Both the position numbers and the translations under genes were made by a program. From assembly GCA_964016885.1 (NCBI GenBank), contig OZ024745.1, positions 95,542,001 through 95,606,000 on the forward strand: a stretch of DNA of 64,000 bases, read 5' to 3'. Below the pieces are notes generated by a model. That model was not told where the DNA came from. It saw nothing but the letters and a program-made list of their open reading frames with translations, and made no database searches. Position 1 is the first letter of the stretch, and each line of letters begins with the position of its first letter. Shown here one piece after another: positions 25,196-39,339 of this stretch. The stretch comes from Eledone cirrhosa (lineage: Eukaryota).

Positions 25196-28100
25196 ATATT
25201 TATATTTTCAATGTAGAATATTAGAACAATAAATTGTTATTTAATCTATTTATTTCCCTTATTAGAGTTAACTTATGATAATCATTAAGTCAGACTAACA
25301 TTATTGGCTGTATAACATTGAACAAGACTAAGGCATCAATTTAATCTTAAGTTATACAATGTCCACGTCAACGAAGTTTGTTGGTTGAAGCTATTTTACT
25401 ACATGTCACATATGCCCTTTGGAAAGGTATAGACTTTATACAATCTCATTCATTATACCTTTCAGATTTTATTTTTGTATATATGTAAGAATTCTTTTAT
25501 GTATATATATATATATTGCTTTTTTAACAATGGATATGACCCAGAACTTAAATAATTTCATGTAATTATCACATGGATTTCTATCAACTATATCCAACGA
25601 AGATTGTTCAAATTTGGTGATATCATGAGAACTGAAGATTTTGACAAATGAATCTCGATAGAAATTTGAAGACGTTTAAAATATTTGGTTTCCTGATTTA
25701 ACAACACACAAATCATTGTCAACATGTCTCAAATCAAAAGAATAAATATTATTTAGTATATGAATAAACGGAAATGCATTAAATATTATCTATCTAGACA
25801 AACAAGTTCTTAGTATAAACATCTGAGATAAAGATTAAAAGTGTTAAATGATAAGTTTTCTGTTTTTCTTTTAGACACTTCATTTTGGAATGTCTATCAT
25901 TATACTTTATTTGTATAGGTCAAATTTGCTTTTATTTTGTTTTTTCTCAATAAATGCTGTCAACAGATCACCATTAATGGAATACTTTTAGTATATAATT
26001 TCTATATTACAAAATTATAAATCTTTTATTTATCCCACTTATATGTTGTCAGTTATATCTCTAAAGTTCAATGGAAAAGTCATTTTGAATAATAATGGTA
26101 ACAATTGGCAAGTCTTTCAGAATCTTAATCTTACTTTTCCGTTGCATTTTAGTATCTTTAAGAAAGTTTCCTTTTCTATGTTGAAGCAAAGCATTGGCTT
26201 CCTGCCAGTTTCTTGCAAACATCAATTACCTTGGAATTCAGATGAAAGATTTTCCGTTTCTGACAAGTTATCTGATCATCTTCTAACAAAGCTAACATCT
26301 CACAGCTGTTTTTGAAATCTTGTCAACCTATTTTCTAATACTTGGCATATTGAAATGCAACAAATTCTATTTAGAATTCTTTCTGTGTTTCTTTTTTATA
26401 TAATAAACACATTATATTGTCGAATTCTTCAGACTGGTTAAAGCTTACATCATTTGTAAAATATCATAGTACCAGTAACTACAAAACTTGTAGAAACATT
26501 TAACAACCATGTTTTTAATATTTCTATAATGTAAACATGAAGTTTTCTGAATAGAAAGATTTTCTCAGTTATTATTCATGTGTAGGCAAACAACTATGAA
26601 CATAATAATTTGCTTGTTTAGTAGTTGTTTCTCAAGCAATTTCATTTCAGCTTATCTAAGAAGAATATTCCTGCCATTTACTTTACATAGCCATAAGTAA
26701 GCTAATTCACTCCAAAAGACAAATGTTTTGTACTGACATCCAACAGAGCATAAGCTATGGGCAACATATCCTATTCAATTCCTCATTAAATAAAATGAGA
26801 ACTTTTTAAACCATTTGAAATAGGTCAAATTGCCAAATGGTAAGGTAAAAATTAGAGATATTTAAGAAAATGAAATTATGAATAATATATTTAATTGCTT
26901 TAAAATGAAAAATCAATTATAACAATGATTTTGATAATATATTATATATATATAGAGAGAGATGTGGAAGAAGAAGATGGATTAGAAATATTTTCATTCA
27001 TATACACATATGACAAATTTATCCTTGGATAAACAGCTAGGCTCAAGAAACTGCTTATGGCATGATAAATGGATACTGATTAATTCTTCAAAGAAACTAA
27101 CCAAACAATATTTCTTCCTTTATTTAAATTTGTTTTGCCTTTGTATTGGCCAAAATGCAGGTTTCAACTGAGTTTTTTTTATGTCTTATTGGACCACAAC
27201 TGGTGTTTTATTTCTTGAGAAATATCAGAAAAAAGACATGATTCAATTTGAAACAGGCCTTTCTAGTTCTGAGAAATATATGACTGTTATCCTAAGGTTT
27301 TTTTTTATATGCAATTTGCTTACTACTAAGATTCAATCTTGATGCTTTTACTGCATCATCGTGTCATTCAGACTTATGTATGGATTGTGTGTTGTAGAGA
27401 AGGAAAGAGAGAATGAGTTAGTAAGAACCTTGATTTTTCAGAATGTTGGAAACACAAAATTCTTCAGTCACAAATTATTGCTGTGTACATATCAAAATAG
27501 TTTAACATTTCAATCTAATTGATACACATGGTTAAACTGGAATATACATATTTAGACCAGAATATGCTGGGTGATCTGTATCTCAGTTTGAGTTTACTTT
27601 GGTATATATCCTAGTTTTAAGAATAGGTATACTGTACTCTTGCATATTATAAAGAATATTCAGCCATAAAACACTGCCTGAAAAACTCCTCCTATTCCTG
27701 CTAGTATGGAAAAGTAGATGTAAAAATAACAATAACATATGTAGACAAAATAACATTTTTAAAGATTTATCTTGGATTAAACAACAAATACATGTTCGCC
27801 AATTCCATACTACAATACAGATCCAAAAGACATTTGGAGATGACATTTGGAGATGAAGTTAGTGAGATGAGTTATGTACCTTGCCGAAAAGTATAAAACA
27901 ATGACTGATTATGTTGAGAAGTAGAAATACAGTTCTATAACATCATTACTGGATGTATCAGTACATCTCAAGAGATGGCCTATTAGTGATTATAGGAAAT
28001 GAAGAGTAAGGAAATGAATGGTAAGTCTTGTTTTGTGTTAGACAGAAAAGAGAAAAACTTGCCATTTTAAATCCTTTAAAAACCCATCAGACCTAAGATA

Positions 28101-29170
28101 CAGAACTGCTTATTTTAAAGCACTTATATTAACCTAAACATTTTCCATCATAATTTTATGTAAGAATCTTCGTTAATTTAAATGCCAATCACTAGTATAA
28201 TGATGAGATGGTTTGTTCAATCAAAAATTCTTGATTATTTTCAAAATTATTTAAAAATCATTGTCAGTGACTTTCATAAGAAATATGGTATCAAAAGAGT
28301 TATAGTATGATATGAATCAATTAAATATATCAGTTAATAAAACTTAATAAATTCAAGCTTGCTCTCTCACACTCATACACACAGATTAAACAATGTCATA
28401 TAGTTCTGCAGTGGATTAACAGAGTCAATGAAGTAATTATTGTGCAGATGTGTGCACTGTCTTACACTAATTCTAATCTTATAGCAATGATAATTTAATC
28501 TGACAGAATCAAACAAGATGATGTATCTTGCTTAATAAAATACATTTTCATTACTCATTATAAAAATGTATGACAATTAAATAGATTTTTTGACAACTGA
28601 GTCCAAGTTTAGAATTTTATATTTCAAACACATGTCTTTAAGATTTAACAAACCCAAAATTCTAAAATTAAAACGTGATAAATATGGATAATTAATTCTT
28701 TAATTTAATAATTTATTTCAGGTTCTAAGGCATTACTTGATGTTTGGTGCTTTTATTGATGAAAATTTAAATCTCAGGATTATAAAACAGTGAATAATCA
28801 TGTAGGAATATTTTAATTATTTAAAAGGAAATCAGAAAAGATTCATTAATACAAACATATAATCTCGTGGATAACAGTTGTTATTTACTGCCTATAAAGT
28901 AACAATGATATATGTTATATATAAAAATATTAGAGATCTTTTAGTGTTATAAAGTTTAATTATTAAGAAAATATTTCCTATTTCAAGTAGTCTTAGACTT
29001 TTAATGGAATAGAAACTAAAATTTCAAAATGAATTAATGATATGAGTAAGATGAAGTATGGTTGCAGTTACATATGCACTTTCTTACAAATTGCTACTTT
29101 GGATCCAAATGCTTTATGGGATACCTTGATTGAAGACAAGTAGATAGGCATATATATATAAATATATATA

Positions 29171-29294
29171 TAATATAGAAATGGCTTCTACAGGACTAGA
29201 ACTGTTTCATTCAAAGGAAATCCCCAGGAAAGCTTTCCTGATGATTTCCTTTGAATGAAACAGTTCTAGTCCTGCAGAAGTCATTTCTATATTA
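29171..29294. repeat. 124-bp spacerless palindrome
   Basis: Centred on aagctt (29230-29235), with few mismatches. Confidence 0.92.
29234..29280 (+). ncRNA. Degenerate hammerhead-like motif inside a palindrome
   Basis: tttc-CTGATGA-tttcctttgaat-GAAACAG-loop-CTG(c)A-gaag. The other arm has CTGTA here but CTGGGGA in the core. Confidence 0.45.
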
Positions 29295-29350
29295 AATACT
29301 CTGCTATGTATTTAGTACCCTACTTACTGTGGTTACCTCCGATTGAACCT

Positions 29351-29351
<1 letters not shown>

Positions 29352-29420
<69 letters not shown>
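29352..29420. repeat. (CA)n(TA)n compound microsatellite
   Basis: Read directly. Confidence 0.95.
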
Positions 29421-29421
<1 letters not shown>

Positions 29422-29429
29422 CCTTTTTC

Positions 29430-29635
29430 CTGGTAGTGCTGGTGCCATGAGGAAATGCATCCAACACACTCTGCAAATTGGTTGGCATTAGGAAGAGTAG
29501 CAGGCTGTAGAAACCAAGCCAAAAATGGAACATATTTGTAGTCGGATGTGATTTCCCAACCCAGCTAGTCTCAAATCATGACAACCCATCTAACTCTAGC
29601 CAACATGGAAAACTGACATAAAATGATGATGATAA
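29430..29635 (+). mobile_element. RTE family B 3'-end fragment
   Basis: ggttggcattaggaag...tagaaaccaagcc...catggaaaa...(gat)n. Confidence 0.68.
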
Positions 29636-30279
29636 TAACTTAAGTTGTAAACATATTAACTAATAAAATAATAGGCTTCTTGGTAATTTTTCTTGTTACA
29701 ACACACTTTTAACTGCATCCCAGCTTCACAATTTAAAGTATATGAAACAATGCAAGTACATTATTTTTCCTTTCGGTAAAAAACAAACAAACAAACTAAA
29801 ACTACTAAATTCAGTGATAGAAGGTTTAGTACAAGATAGAAAAATTTGTATAAGATTCTAGATTTATTATTGTGCTGTATTTGAGCAGTAATTTTATTCT
29901 ACAAACCACAATTCATTTGAAACCAAAAGAATTGGCATCAAATATAAATATATTACTGTTATTACCAGGCAGAGATTAGTCACTGGACTTCTAAAAGCTA
30001 ACAAGCTGAAGCTATATACACACCACCACTTAAAGAGCAATTAGTCTACTGAAAGCATTTATATCTATATGATGAATAAACTTATGACTGTTCTTAGGCA
30101 TTTAACTGGCTTGAGGTCTAACTCAATATCAACAACAGAGGACCTTTAAGCACATTATTTATGATAAACTAGTTTAACTATAAAAAAATAAAAAAAATAA
30201 TAATAATCATTCAACTTTATAATAGAATGTCTTTGAAAAACATATCTTTGATCAAAATATTTAATTTGTTAACTCTTCC

Positions 30280-31290
30280 AAAAATATACCAGAATGGTCA
30301 GAATATAGAAACAGAAAAGTGTTCTAATTTCTTTCTGAGGGTTATGAAAATACCATACAGTGGGGGTCCATCAGAATTCTTTTCTCAGTCCTCTTCTATT
30401 TATTATAGTCCTTCAAGTTATAACTGAGGAGTTTAAAACTGACTGCCCATGGAAACATCTGTCTGGAGGACCTGAATTCACCAAGGAACTAGAGATAAAA
30501 TTCTAGACTGGAAACAAAAAGCCTTAAAGTCAACTTAGTAAAGTCTTAGTAAACAAGAAAGCTGGCAGAGCAATGATTCCATCAAGGAAATGGTCATGTA
30601 AAAAGGAGTGGGTAGAAATTCTATACAGTGTATAAGATCTTGGGAAAGCTAACAAAAATGTAGGCTTTGTATGTGGCAGATGCACCAAAGCAGCAAGTTC
30701 TCACCTGAGATGGGCTCTATCAAATGCTCAGATGGCTCCCTAGAAATAGTTGATAGCTTCCATTACCTCTGTGATTTATTCAGCAGTAAGGTAGATGTAC
30801 AGTATCTTGAATGAGAATCAGGTAGAACAAATTCAGAGAAACTATTACTTTTTCTAGATACAATGATTTCTCCCTCAGTATAATGCCTGTGTATGAAATA
30901 TGATATTGCATGGCAGTGAGACCTGGGTCTTGACTATAGAGGATCTATGATGATGAGTGAGAAATGAGGTGAGCATGACCTGATGTATGTGTAATAGCAG
31001 TATACATGAATGGCAAAGTGTCAGCAAACTTAGAGAAAAGCTATGCATGAAAAAGATTAGATGCAGTGAACAAGAGGGACAATTATACTGGAGTGGACAT
31101 GTGATGTGCAAGGAGGATGACAGCTACATAAAAGGTGCAGAGCACTTAAAGTTAATGGAATATCTAGAAGTGGATTAAGGAAAACCTAGAGTGATGTGGT
31201 GAAGCCTGGCCTTGTGAAGGCTGAACCTCACAAATGAGATAACACAAGATTGATTTGACTAGGGAAATGCCAGAGGATGGGAAGAAATGA
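30280..31290 (+). mobile_element. Old, degenerate RTE LINE
   Basis: Relics of GVHQ-LSPLLFIIVLQ-EEFKT-CPW, LHGSETW, LREKL and WSGHV. Confidence 0.78.
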
Positions 31291-31310
31291 AGATGAAGAA
31301 ACAACATTTA

Positions 31311-31478
31311 CCATATTTCCCGGCATTGAAGATGCTACTTTTTTCCTAAAATAGGTCTCAAAAATTTACCATGCCTCCTGGAGGCCAAAGGTTGTTTATT
31401 ATCTTTTTACAAATTTTTGGTTGTCAAAATTAAGGTGCACCCTCGAGGATGAAGCATCTTCGGCGCCAGGAAAAATGG
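31311..31478. mobile_element. Tc1/mariner-superfamily (Tc2/pogo-like) MITE
   Basis: TA|CCATATTTCCCGGCATTGAAGATGCT ... AGCATCTTCGGCGCCAGGAAAAATGG|TA: imperfect ~26-bp TIRs with a TA duplication. Confidence 0.7.
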
Positions 31479-31897
31479 TAGCTCCCGTCAGCCAACATGT
31501 TTTCCACTCCCTACTCACTTCTCTGCCCACTCTCCCCAACTATTACATCTTACTCACAGAGTACATCCTCCACTCATATTTTATTCATTTATACCCACAT
31601 CCCTGATTCATTTTACTGGTTTGACCCACACTTGTAAGCAAAGCCACGCTTGACCCACAATTTACTACCAGATGTAACTCACTCTTTTCAAAGCCATTTC
31701 TTTAATTCAATACTTTCCCTCCCATGGTGGGATAACCCCCCCCCCCCCCTCCATCCCCCTCAGTAAAAACAGCATGTAGCTTGCTCCCTACCTTTCATTT
31801 TACAGCATTACTCTCAGCAGCAACTTCCACAGCCTGGCCAAGGGCAATGAGTACTTTGATTTTGTAATGAAGTATTACTGGTGCCAAGGTAAAAATG

Positions 31898-32401
31898 CAC
31901 CCAGTCCACTCTGTAAAGTTGTAGTGTTGGTGTCATGACAAAAAACACCCAGTCCACTCTGTAAAGTGGTAGTGTTGGTATCTTGACAAAAAGCACCCAG
32001 TCCACTCTGTAAAATGGTAGTGTTGGTGTCATGACAAAAAACACCCAGTCCACTCTGTAAAGTGGTAGTGTTGGTATCTTGACAAAAAGCACCCAGTCCA
32101 CTCTGTAAAATGGTAGTATCGGTGTCATGACAAAAAGCACCCAGTCCACTCTGTAAAGTGGTAGTGTTGGTGTCATAATAAAAAGCACCCAGTCCACTCT
32201 GTAAAGTGGTAGTGTTGGTGTCATGACAAAAAACACCCAGTCCACTCTGTAAAGTGGTAGTGTTGGTATGGTAGTATCGGTGTCATGACAAAAAGCACCC
32301 AGTCCACTCTGTAAAGTGGTAGTGTTGGTGTCATAATAAAAAGCACCCAGTCCACTCTGTAAAGTGGTAGTGTTGGTGTCATAATAAAAAGCACCCAGTC
32401 C
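31898..32401 (+). repeat. 48-bp minisatellite, 10 units plus a partial unit
   Basis: Unit cacccagtccactctgtaaagtggtagtgttggtgtcatgacaaaaag starts at 31898, 31946, 31994, 32042, 32090, 32138, 32186, 32234, 32296, 32344 and 32392. Confidence 0.95.
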
Positions 32402-33364
32402 AAAGCTGCTAGTGGTAGAGTCACAATAAATTGCTTGGTGTTAGGAAAGGCATCCAATAATGGAAACCAAGCCAAAAATGGAGTGTATAGAGGCAAGACA
32501 TGGTTACCTGACTGTTTAGTCTCAGTAAATAACAATGAGCATGGAAGCATGGAAAATATGCCTTCATGACCCTGTCAAGAATAAGTGGGAAGAGGATGAG
32601 GAGAAAGAGGAGGAGGAGGGGGCTGAGGAGGAGGAAGAACGACTACTTTGATGCTTTCAAAATTCTAGGCAGCTAAATTAAAAGCTTTGATATTTCTAAT
32701 ACATATTATTGTTAGTGTCTATTGTTCGAATGTATTAATTCTTTGAAATTGGAGAATATGAAAAACAAGAGAATATATACATAAATCCCTAAATATCTAT
32801 TACTAAAGGTAAAGTGTCAGAAACCTGTATTGATTTGACATAACCTTTAGATTGTAGAAAATCATAAATAAAAGAAACAAAAATGTATAATGTTATATCG
32901 ATATCATATATTTGTGAAATAGAAGAGAAAGAGACAATAAAATCAATTCTGAGAAAGATAGTTTTTATTCACAGAATGGCCTTCAGCAATATCCTTTGTA
33001 TTGGATGTCAGGAAGATGTAAATATACACATATGCATGCACATAATATCATCATAACACATAAGCATATGTCCTCGGCCTACATTTTATGATATATATAT
33101 ATAAATGGAAAAAATGAAATTTCATTTCTCACTCTTATTACGGCTGATACTTAAATATAAGCATGTATACGGACATACATATATGTATACAGACGTACAG
33201 TAGTATGTATATACATACATACATACATACATGCACACACATATATATATGTATGTATGGGTTTACTGAACATTTCCATTTATCATTTTCGGTACGCCAG
33301 ACCGACTAACTCACTCGATATGCAAATTAGGCTGCTCAGCCGTTAATATGCATAAGGAAAGTAT

Positions 33365-33407
33365 ACGGTGCTGATGACAGATAATAAGCTAGAAACTAGT
33401 TCATCGT
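33365..33407 (+). ncRNA. Inverted copy of the same hammerhead motif (stem II altered)
   Basis: acggtg ctgatga cagataataagcta gaaa ctagtt catcgt. Confidence 0.55.
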
Positions 33408-33484
33408 TCCTTTGTCAGTGTTGAACAAAATGGCAACGATGGTTGCCGAACATCGTTGCCATTTTGTTCAACACTGACAAAGGA

Positions 33485-33524
33485 ACGATGAACTAGTTTC
33501 TAGCTTAGCTGTCATCAGCACCGT
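33485..33524 (-). ncRNA. Type I minimal hammerhead motif
   Basis: ACGGUG-CUGAUGA-cagcuaagcua-GAAA-CUAG-UU-CAUCGU: 6-bp stem I and palindromic stem III. Confidence 0.62.
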
Positions 33525-33760
33525 ATACCTTCCTGACAGTTGATTGAACGTTTGAAAGTATATACTTTCCTTATGCATATTAACGGCTGAGCAGCCTAAT
33601 TTGCATATCGAGTGAGTTAGTCGGTCTGGTGTACCGAAAACGATAAGTGGAAAAAATGAAATTTCATTTCTTACACTTACTACGGCTGATACAAAAATAT
33701 AAGTATGTATACATACATATATGTATACAGACGTACAGTGGTATGTATATACGTACATAT

Positions 33761-33809
<49 letters not shown>

Positions 33810-33972
33810 CAAAATGGCAACAATGGTTGCCGAATACTGTACGGCTAATAACTTGGGCTGTTTGTTTACAAACAAACCGAGCATTATAATAAATGTTCGG
33901 TAAACCTGTACGTACATATATATATGTGTGCATGTATGTATGTATATACATACTACTGTACATCTATATACA

Positions 33973-34041
<69 letters not shown>

Positions 34042-34114
34042 GCGTATATATATATATATATATATGAATATATATGTGTGTGTATATATATATAAATATA
34101 TGTGTGTGTGTGTG

Positions 34115-34277
34115 TCATCATCATCATCATCATTGTTTAACATCCATTTTCCACGCTAGCATGGCTCTGGACGGGAATTGTCCCACTTGAGGCAAGATTG
34201 GTTGTCTTGCTCAGGACTGTCTGGCGGGTTTTCTACGGCTGGATGCCCTTCCTAACACCAACCACGTTTATATTACA

Positions 34278-34280
<3 letters not shown>
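34115..34280 (-). mobile_element. RTE family B 3'-end fragment
   Basis: Near-identical to 6990-7165. Confidence 0.75.
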
Positions 34281-34321
<41 letters not shown>

Positions 34322-34776
34322 AAAACTACAGGATCCAATCCCAATACACAGGTGTACTACCAGACACACAATCGGAGATGGTCTGTAACAGCAATAATAT
34401 CTACTTCACAGGCCATCTCTGAATCAAATATTTTCTGTTTCTATTTGTGTATGCCGTAATTCCTTTATTGATTAACTAATTATCCAATATAGACCTGATG
34501 ATGTATCCAGCTTCTTATGTAACTAGGTCATTGAAATGTATATACAGTTTTTGCAACAATAAAACTTTAAAAGAACTTCATCAATCCGGCCTCCTGGTGT
34601 TTTAATCAAACTAATATTTAGCTCCGTTCCCACACCACCAACAGGATTCAACATCAACGATGGATGAGTTACGTAACATTGAGTGTTTTTCCTACTATTA
34701 CATCATGGTTAACTATACGGAACAACCAGTTCTATCCAGTGGTGAATGACTAAACATAAATGTATATTGTCATTGT

Positions 34777-35480
34777 ATCATCATCATCATCATCGTTTAA
34801 CGTCCATATTCCATGCTTGCATGGGTTTGGACGGGAGTTTTCCCACTTGAGGCAAGAGTGGTCGTCTTGCTCGCATAGGACTGTCTGGCGGGTTTTCTAC
34901 GGCTGGATGCCCTTCCTAACACCAAGCACATTTACAGTGTGGAACTGGGAGGTTTTTACCGTGTTACCTACACGGCCACATTACAGCGTGGACTGTGTGT
35001 TTTTTTTGTCGTGACACCTACACGACCTCATTTGTTTCGGCCTGGATGTTGTGGTACCAACATAACTTTACATTGAAAGGGGTGGTGTGGATGGGGTGGG
35101 GGTAGTGGGACGGGGGTGTATTTTGTGTCAGAGGTGCCTACTGACTGTAGTAGGTTTCACTTTGCACTTAGGTAAGGCGGGTCTTCTGTATTACTGCGTA
35201 GCGCCAAAGATCTCGGTCCACTGACATTGTCTTGGAGAGGTGTAAGTGTGTGAGGTCGGAATTTATCAAGTCGTCCCAGGTTTTTCTGGGTCTGCCTACT
35301 CCGTGGCTACCGTCTATTTTTATTGCCCTGCACTTTTTTATACAGCTGTCGTCTTTCATGCACATCATGTGACCGTACCAACGTAGCCTTCTCTCGAGTA
35401 AACAACATCTGATCCCTCTTATTTCTAATTTTTCCCTTAGTTCATTTATGCTTTGCCGTTCACGTATATTACTATTACAA
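34777..35480 (-). mobile_element. RTE LINE family B: ORF C-terminus plus long 3' UTR
   Basis: ORF 35168-35539 (LREKLEIRGI, RRLRWYGH, GRPRKTW) is followed by a ~390-nt UTR with internal repeat units, aggaagggcatccagccgtaga and ccatgcaagcatgg, ending in (GAT)n. Confidence 0.82.
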
Positions 35481-35895
35481 TATATATATATTTTTTTTTT
35501 CATACCCCATTCAGGCATGAATGACCATGGGATTTGCACCTAGAAAGTTCTCCTCTGAGTCAGATGTCTGGGCAAGACCAGTAATCACCCATGCATATCA
35601 GTCTCCCCTCTCAACACAACCAATGTTGTCCAACTGGTGTCACACTGGGTGTCACAGCAATTTACTTGGTGTCACAGTATTTCATTTGGTGTCACAGTAT
35701 TACAATTGGTGTCATACTGTTACATATATATATATATATATATATATACGCACACACATACACATATGAATATATATATATCCCACCTCCCACACACACA
35801 TATATGTTAGATAAATGCATACATATAAATATTTTATGTATGTGAATTGATGATGATGATGTGTGTATATATGTGTGTCTGTGTGTGCCTGTATT

Positions 35896-35926
<31 letters not shown>

Positions 35927-37940
35927 CATGCACTAGAACATATATACAGAACAGACATCAAATTTTATTGATACTCATATGAAATTGCCTTCCTGGTTAT
36001 GACAATTTATTATTGACAAAATGGAATATATTTTCTTTGAAATTAATACCTTATATGCTATTACTTTTGGTTTCAGCAAACTCATTTGCATATTGCCTAA
36101 ATCAATCTGCAATCAAATAGAGAATATTCTGCAATGGTCTAGTCTAGAATTGTGGTTTATGGGATTTTTCAGGAAATAGTTTGCTTTGAACTATTGTATT
36201 TTCAACCTCAATGTAATCTTCCTCATATACTAAGCATCATTTGAAAATTCCATTTATACATAACCTCAAGCAACATACATAACTTTATTTGTTTGCAGCG
36301 TTGTAGCAAAACTGTTGTGTCATTCTACATTGGGTAAATTGTATGCATGGGTGACAGCAAGTCTCTCTCCCTCCACAAAAAAAGAGAAAAATTTAAATAA
36401 AAATACTTTATCTACCTTAGAGAGGAACATTCCAAATGCAAATCCATTGTTTGATGAGACTAACAGACCCTAAACTATAGCTATATATTTTTCTGTTTTT
36501 CTAATAATACATTTATCATCATATGATGAACATTTCCATTTAGCCTCCATTGGTGAGGACAATCTTGAGCAGATACTTTACACTATGGGGTAAAGATAGT
36601 GTTAAGGATAGAAGAGCAGGTGTGATGTGTACAATGATTGTTTCATAAGGAAATTTGATGTGTGAATCTGTTTGTGGCAGTTCCAGTTTGGACAGATAGC
36701 TAAGCTAATTTTTTTTTCCCCGGAAAATAATAACTTTTAATCCATTGTTATTTGTTAAATGGAATTGAGAAGTGGGAACTTCGAAATCATGGGATAAATG
36801 ATGAAAACAAAATAAAGTAATGAAGAAAGGGTAAAGAAGGGTAGATCTGGCTGTAAGGAAAAATAGAGGAAAGAACTATAAATGCCAATTGTTTCATAAA
36901 GAGACTTCTCATTTACTTAATAGTAAATTTTACAAATTACAACAATTATAGAGACTGGAATGCATTTTATTTTTTATTTCAAAACATTAACTTTACAATT
37001 TAGAATATAGATTTCCTATATCTATATAAATATAATCTAGTCTTTCCAAATTAAATAAAGTAACACGACTGCCATCCAAATTATTGCAATTTTATGAATT
37101 CTTGATAACTTATCAAATTTGGAGTCATGGGTAATATATTCCTTCATCAAAATCATAAACAACTATAAAAATTCCTGTTAATGTATAGACTCATCTCTAA
37201 GTAATAGATAGCAATAATGAGCAAGTGAGTTTACAAGATAGATTTCATATATTAAAACACTTAGTTTTGCTGTGTTGAAATATTTGGTTAAAAACCAAAT
37301 TAAATATTGGAACATGTTCATCAACTGAATTATTACATCAACATTTCTGGATGTCTAATAATATTTGGTTTAGCCTATAATGCATTTTTCTATCAAAAGT
37401 TGATTTGCTTAAATGATATATGAAGTATGTGATACTTGGTTAATCATGACAACAAATAAAAAATATAAAGCAAAGAAATTAGGTTTACATATAAATTTGG
37501 ATTCAATATATATTTGTTTGTTATTTCTTAAAGTATGTTATCTCAAAATTATATTTAAAACTAGCAATCAATATGATATATGTGAAAGCTTTTAAGATAT
37601 TTGGTGCTAAACAAGATTAACTAATGTTTCAATGTTTTACATTAGAAGCTGACTAGGAAAAAAGTGGATACTCCTATAATTGTTTTACTGGTTTCAGTTA
37701 TTAGACTGCAGCTATGCCAGAGTACTGCCTTAAGGGCTTTAGGTAGTTATACAAACCTCTATACTTTAATGGTGTTTATTTAAAGGATCTCAATAGGGAC
37801 AAAAAGCAAATTAATTCTGGTGTAATGAGATATAACACAAATGGAACTAAAAACCACAAAATAGTTTTGCTCTGTGCACTGATGTATACATGCATATACA
37901 TATATATACACATATATCAATGTGTATATATATATATATA

Positions 37941-38461
<521 letters not shown>

Positions 38462-38472
38462 AATATATATAT

Positions 38473-38820
38473 ATCATCATCATCACTGTTTAACATCTAT
38501 TTCCTTGCTTGCACAGGTCAGGTCAGGTGTCATGTACAGTGTATCGACTAGCCAGGTGAACATGCTTTGTTCATACTCTCCATTTTTTGACTTGATTTCT
38601 ATAGCTGGTTGCCCCTCTCTTAAAGCCAATCACTTTACAGCATGTACTAGGACCATTTTATAGTAAGCTCAGTACTACTTCTGGACTGTGTATTTTTATC
38701 ATAGCACCAGCTCTGCCACCTTACAGTGTTGACTGTATGCTTTTCATATGGCACAAAACAACCATCTTACAGTGTGGGCTAGATGCTTTTCATATGGCAC
38801 CATCTCTACCACCTTATAGT
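38473..38820 (-). mobile_element. Degenerate RTE family B 3'-UTR fragment
   Basis: (cat)n tail, ctatagctggttgccc and several ttacagtgt..actg repeat units. Confidence 0.6.
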
Positions 38821-39036
38821 TGTAAACAAAACAAAAACAACAAAAACCACCATACACATGCTGTTCGTATTAGTGGATATGTTATGATTATATTAATATT
38901 GTATTCCAATGGATGTCATTAAAGTTCAGTTTGATTATTCCCTCATTTTTGTATGCCTACAAAATTGAACAAATGAATATTGTTGATTCTACTTAACTAA
39001 CTTAAGATCAATATCAAAAGACTAAAATATACAACT

Positions 39037-39255
39037 TTAACCCTTTAGCATTTACATTACCCTATATATACTATTATATTTTCATGATGAAGGCTTTACC
39101 TCACATACTTATCTCACATAATATCAAATCTGTGAGATTTTGATGTTATTCATTTTGAGAACAATACCTTAATATCAGTATGAGTGACCAGTTTGAACAG
39201 AAAGAGGTGAGAGAAGTTGGGTCGGACATAACTGGTTTAAATGCTAAAGGGTTGA
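39037..39255 (-). mobile_element. piggyBac-like MITE (family 1)
   Basis: ttaaccctttagcatttac...taaatgctaaagggttga. Confidence 0.82.
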
Positions 39256-39339
39256 ATATGCCAGTTGTCACAAGTAATTGTTATCCTTATATTTGATTAC
39301 TTTCATTTATTTGATTAGCTTGGATTGTTGTATATTCCT

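Larger units (their letters stand above)
33273..33653. repeat. Long inverted repeat (~170-bp arms, 9-nt spacer) embedded in direct repeats
   Basis: 33273-33441 is the reverse complement of 33451-33653; 33105-33220 directly repeats 33647-33760. Confidence 0.9.

Noticed and set aside
26040-26340. Possible minus-strand exon (DFKNSCEML..., ending near an aa|gtaag donor)
   Set aside because: No recognisable homology, an in-frame stop and a weak acceptor.
31898-32401. CRISPR-like regular array
   Set aside because: Units are contiguous near-identical 48-mers with no unique spacers and no cas genes; they derive from a LINE 3' UTR.
31814-32550. Repetitive 143-aa and 109-aa ORFs
   Set aside because: Translation of the 48-bp (16-codon) minisatellite.
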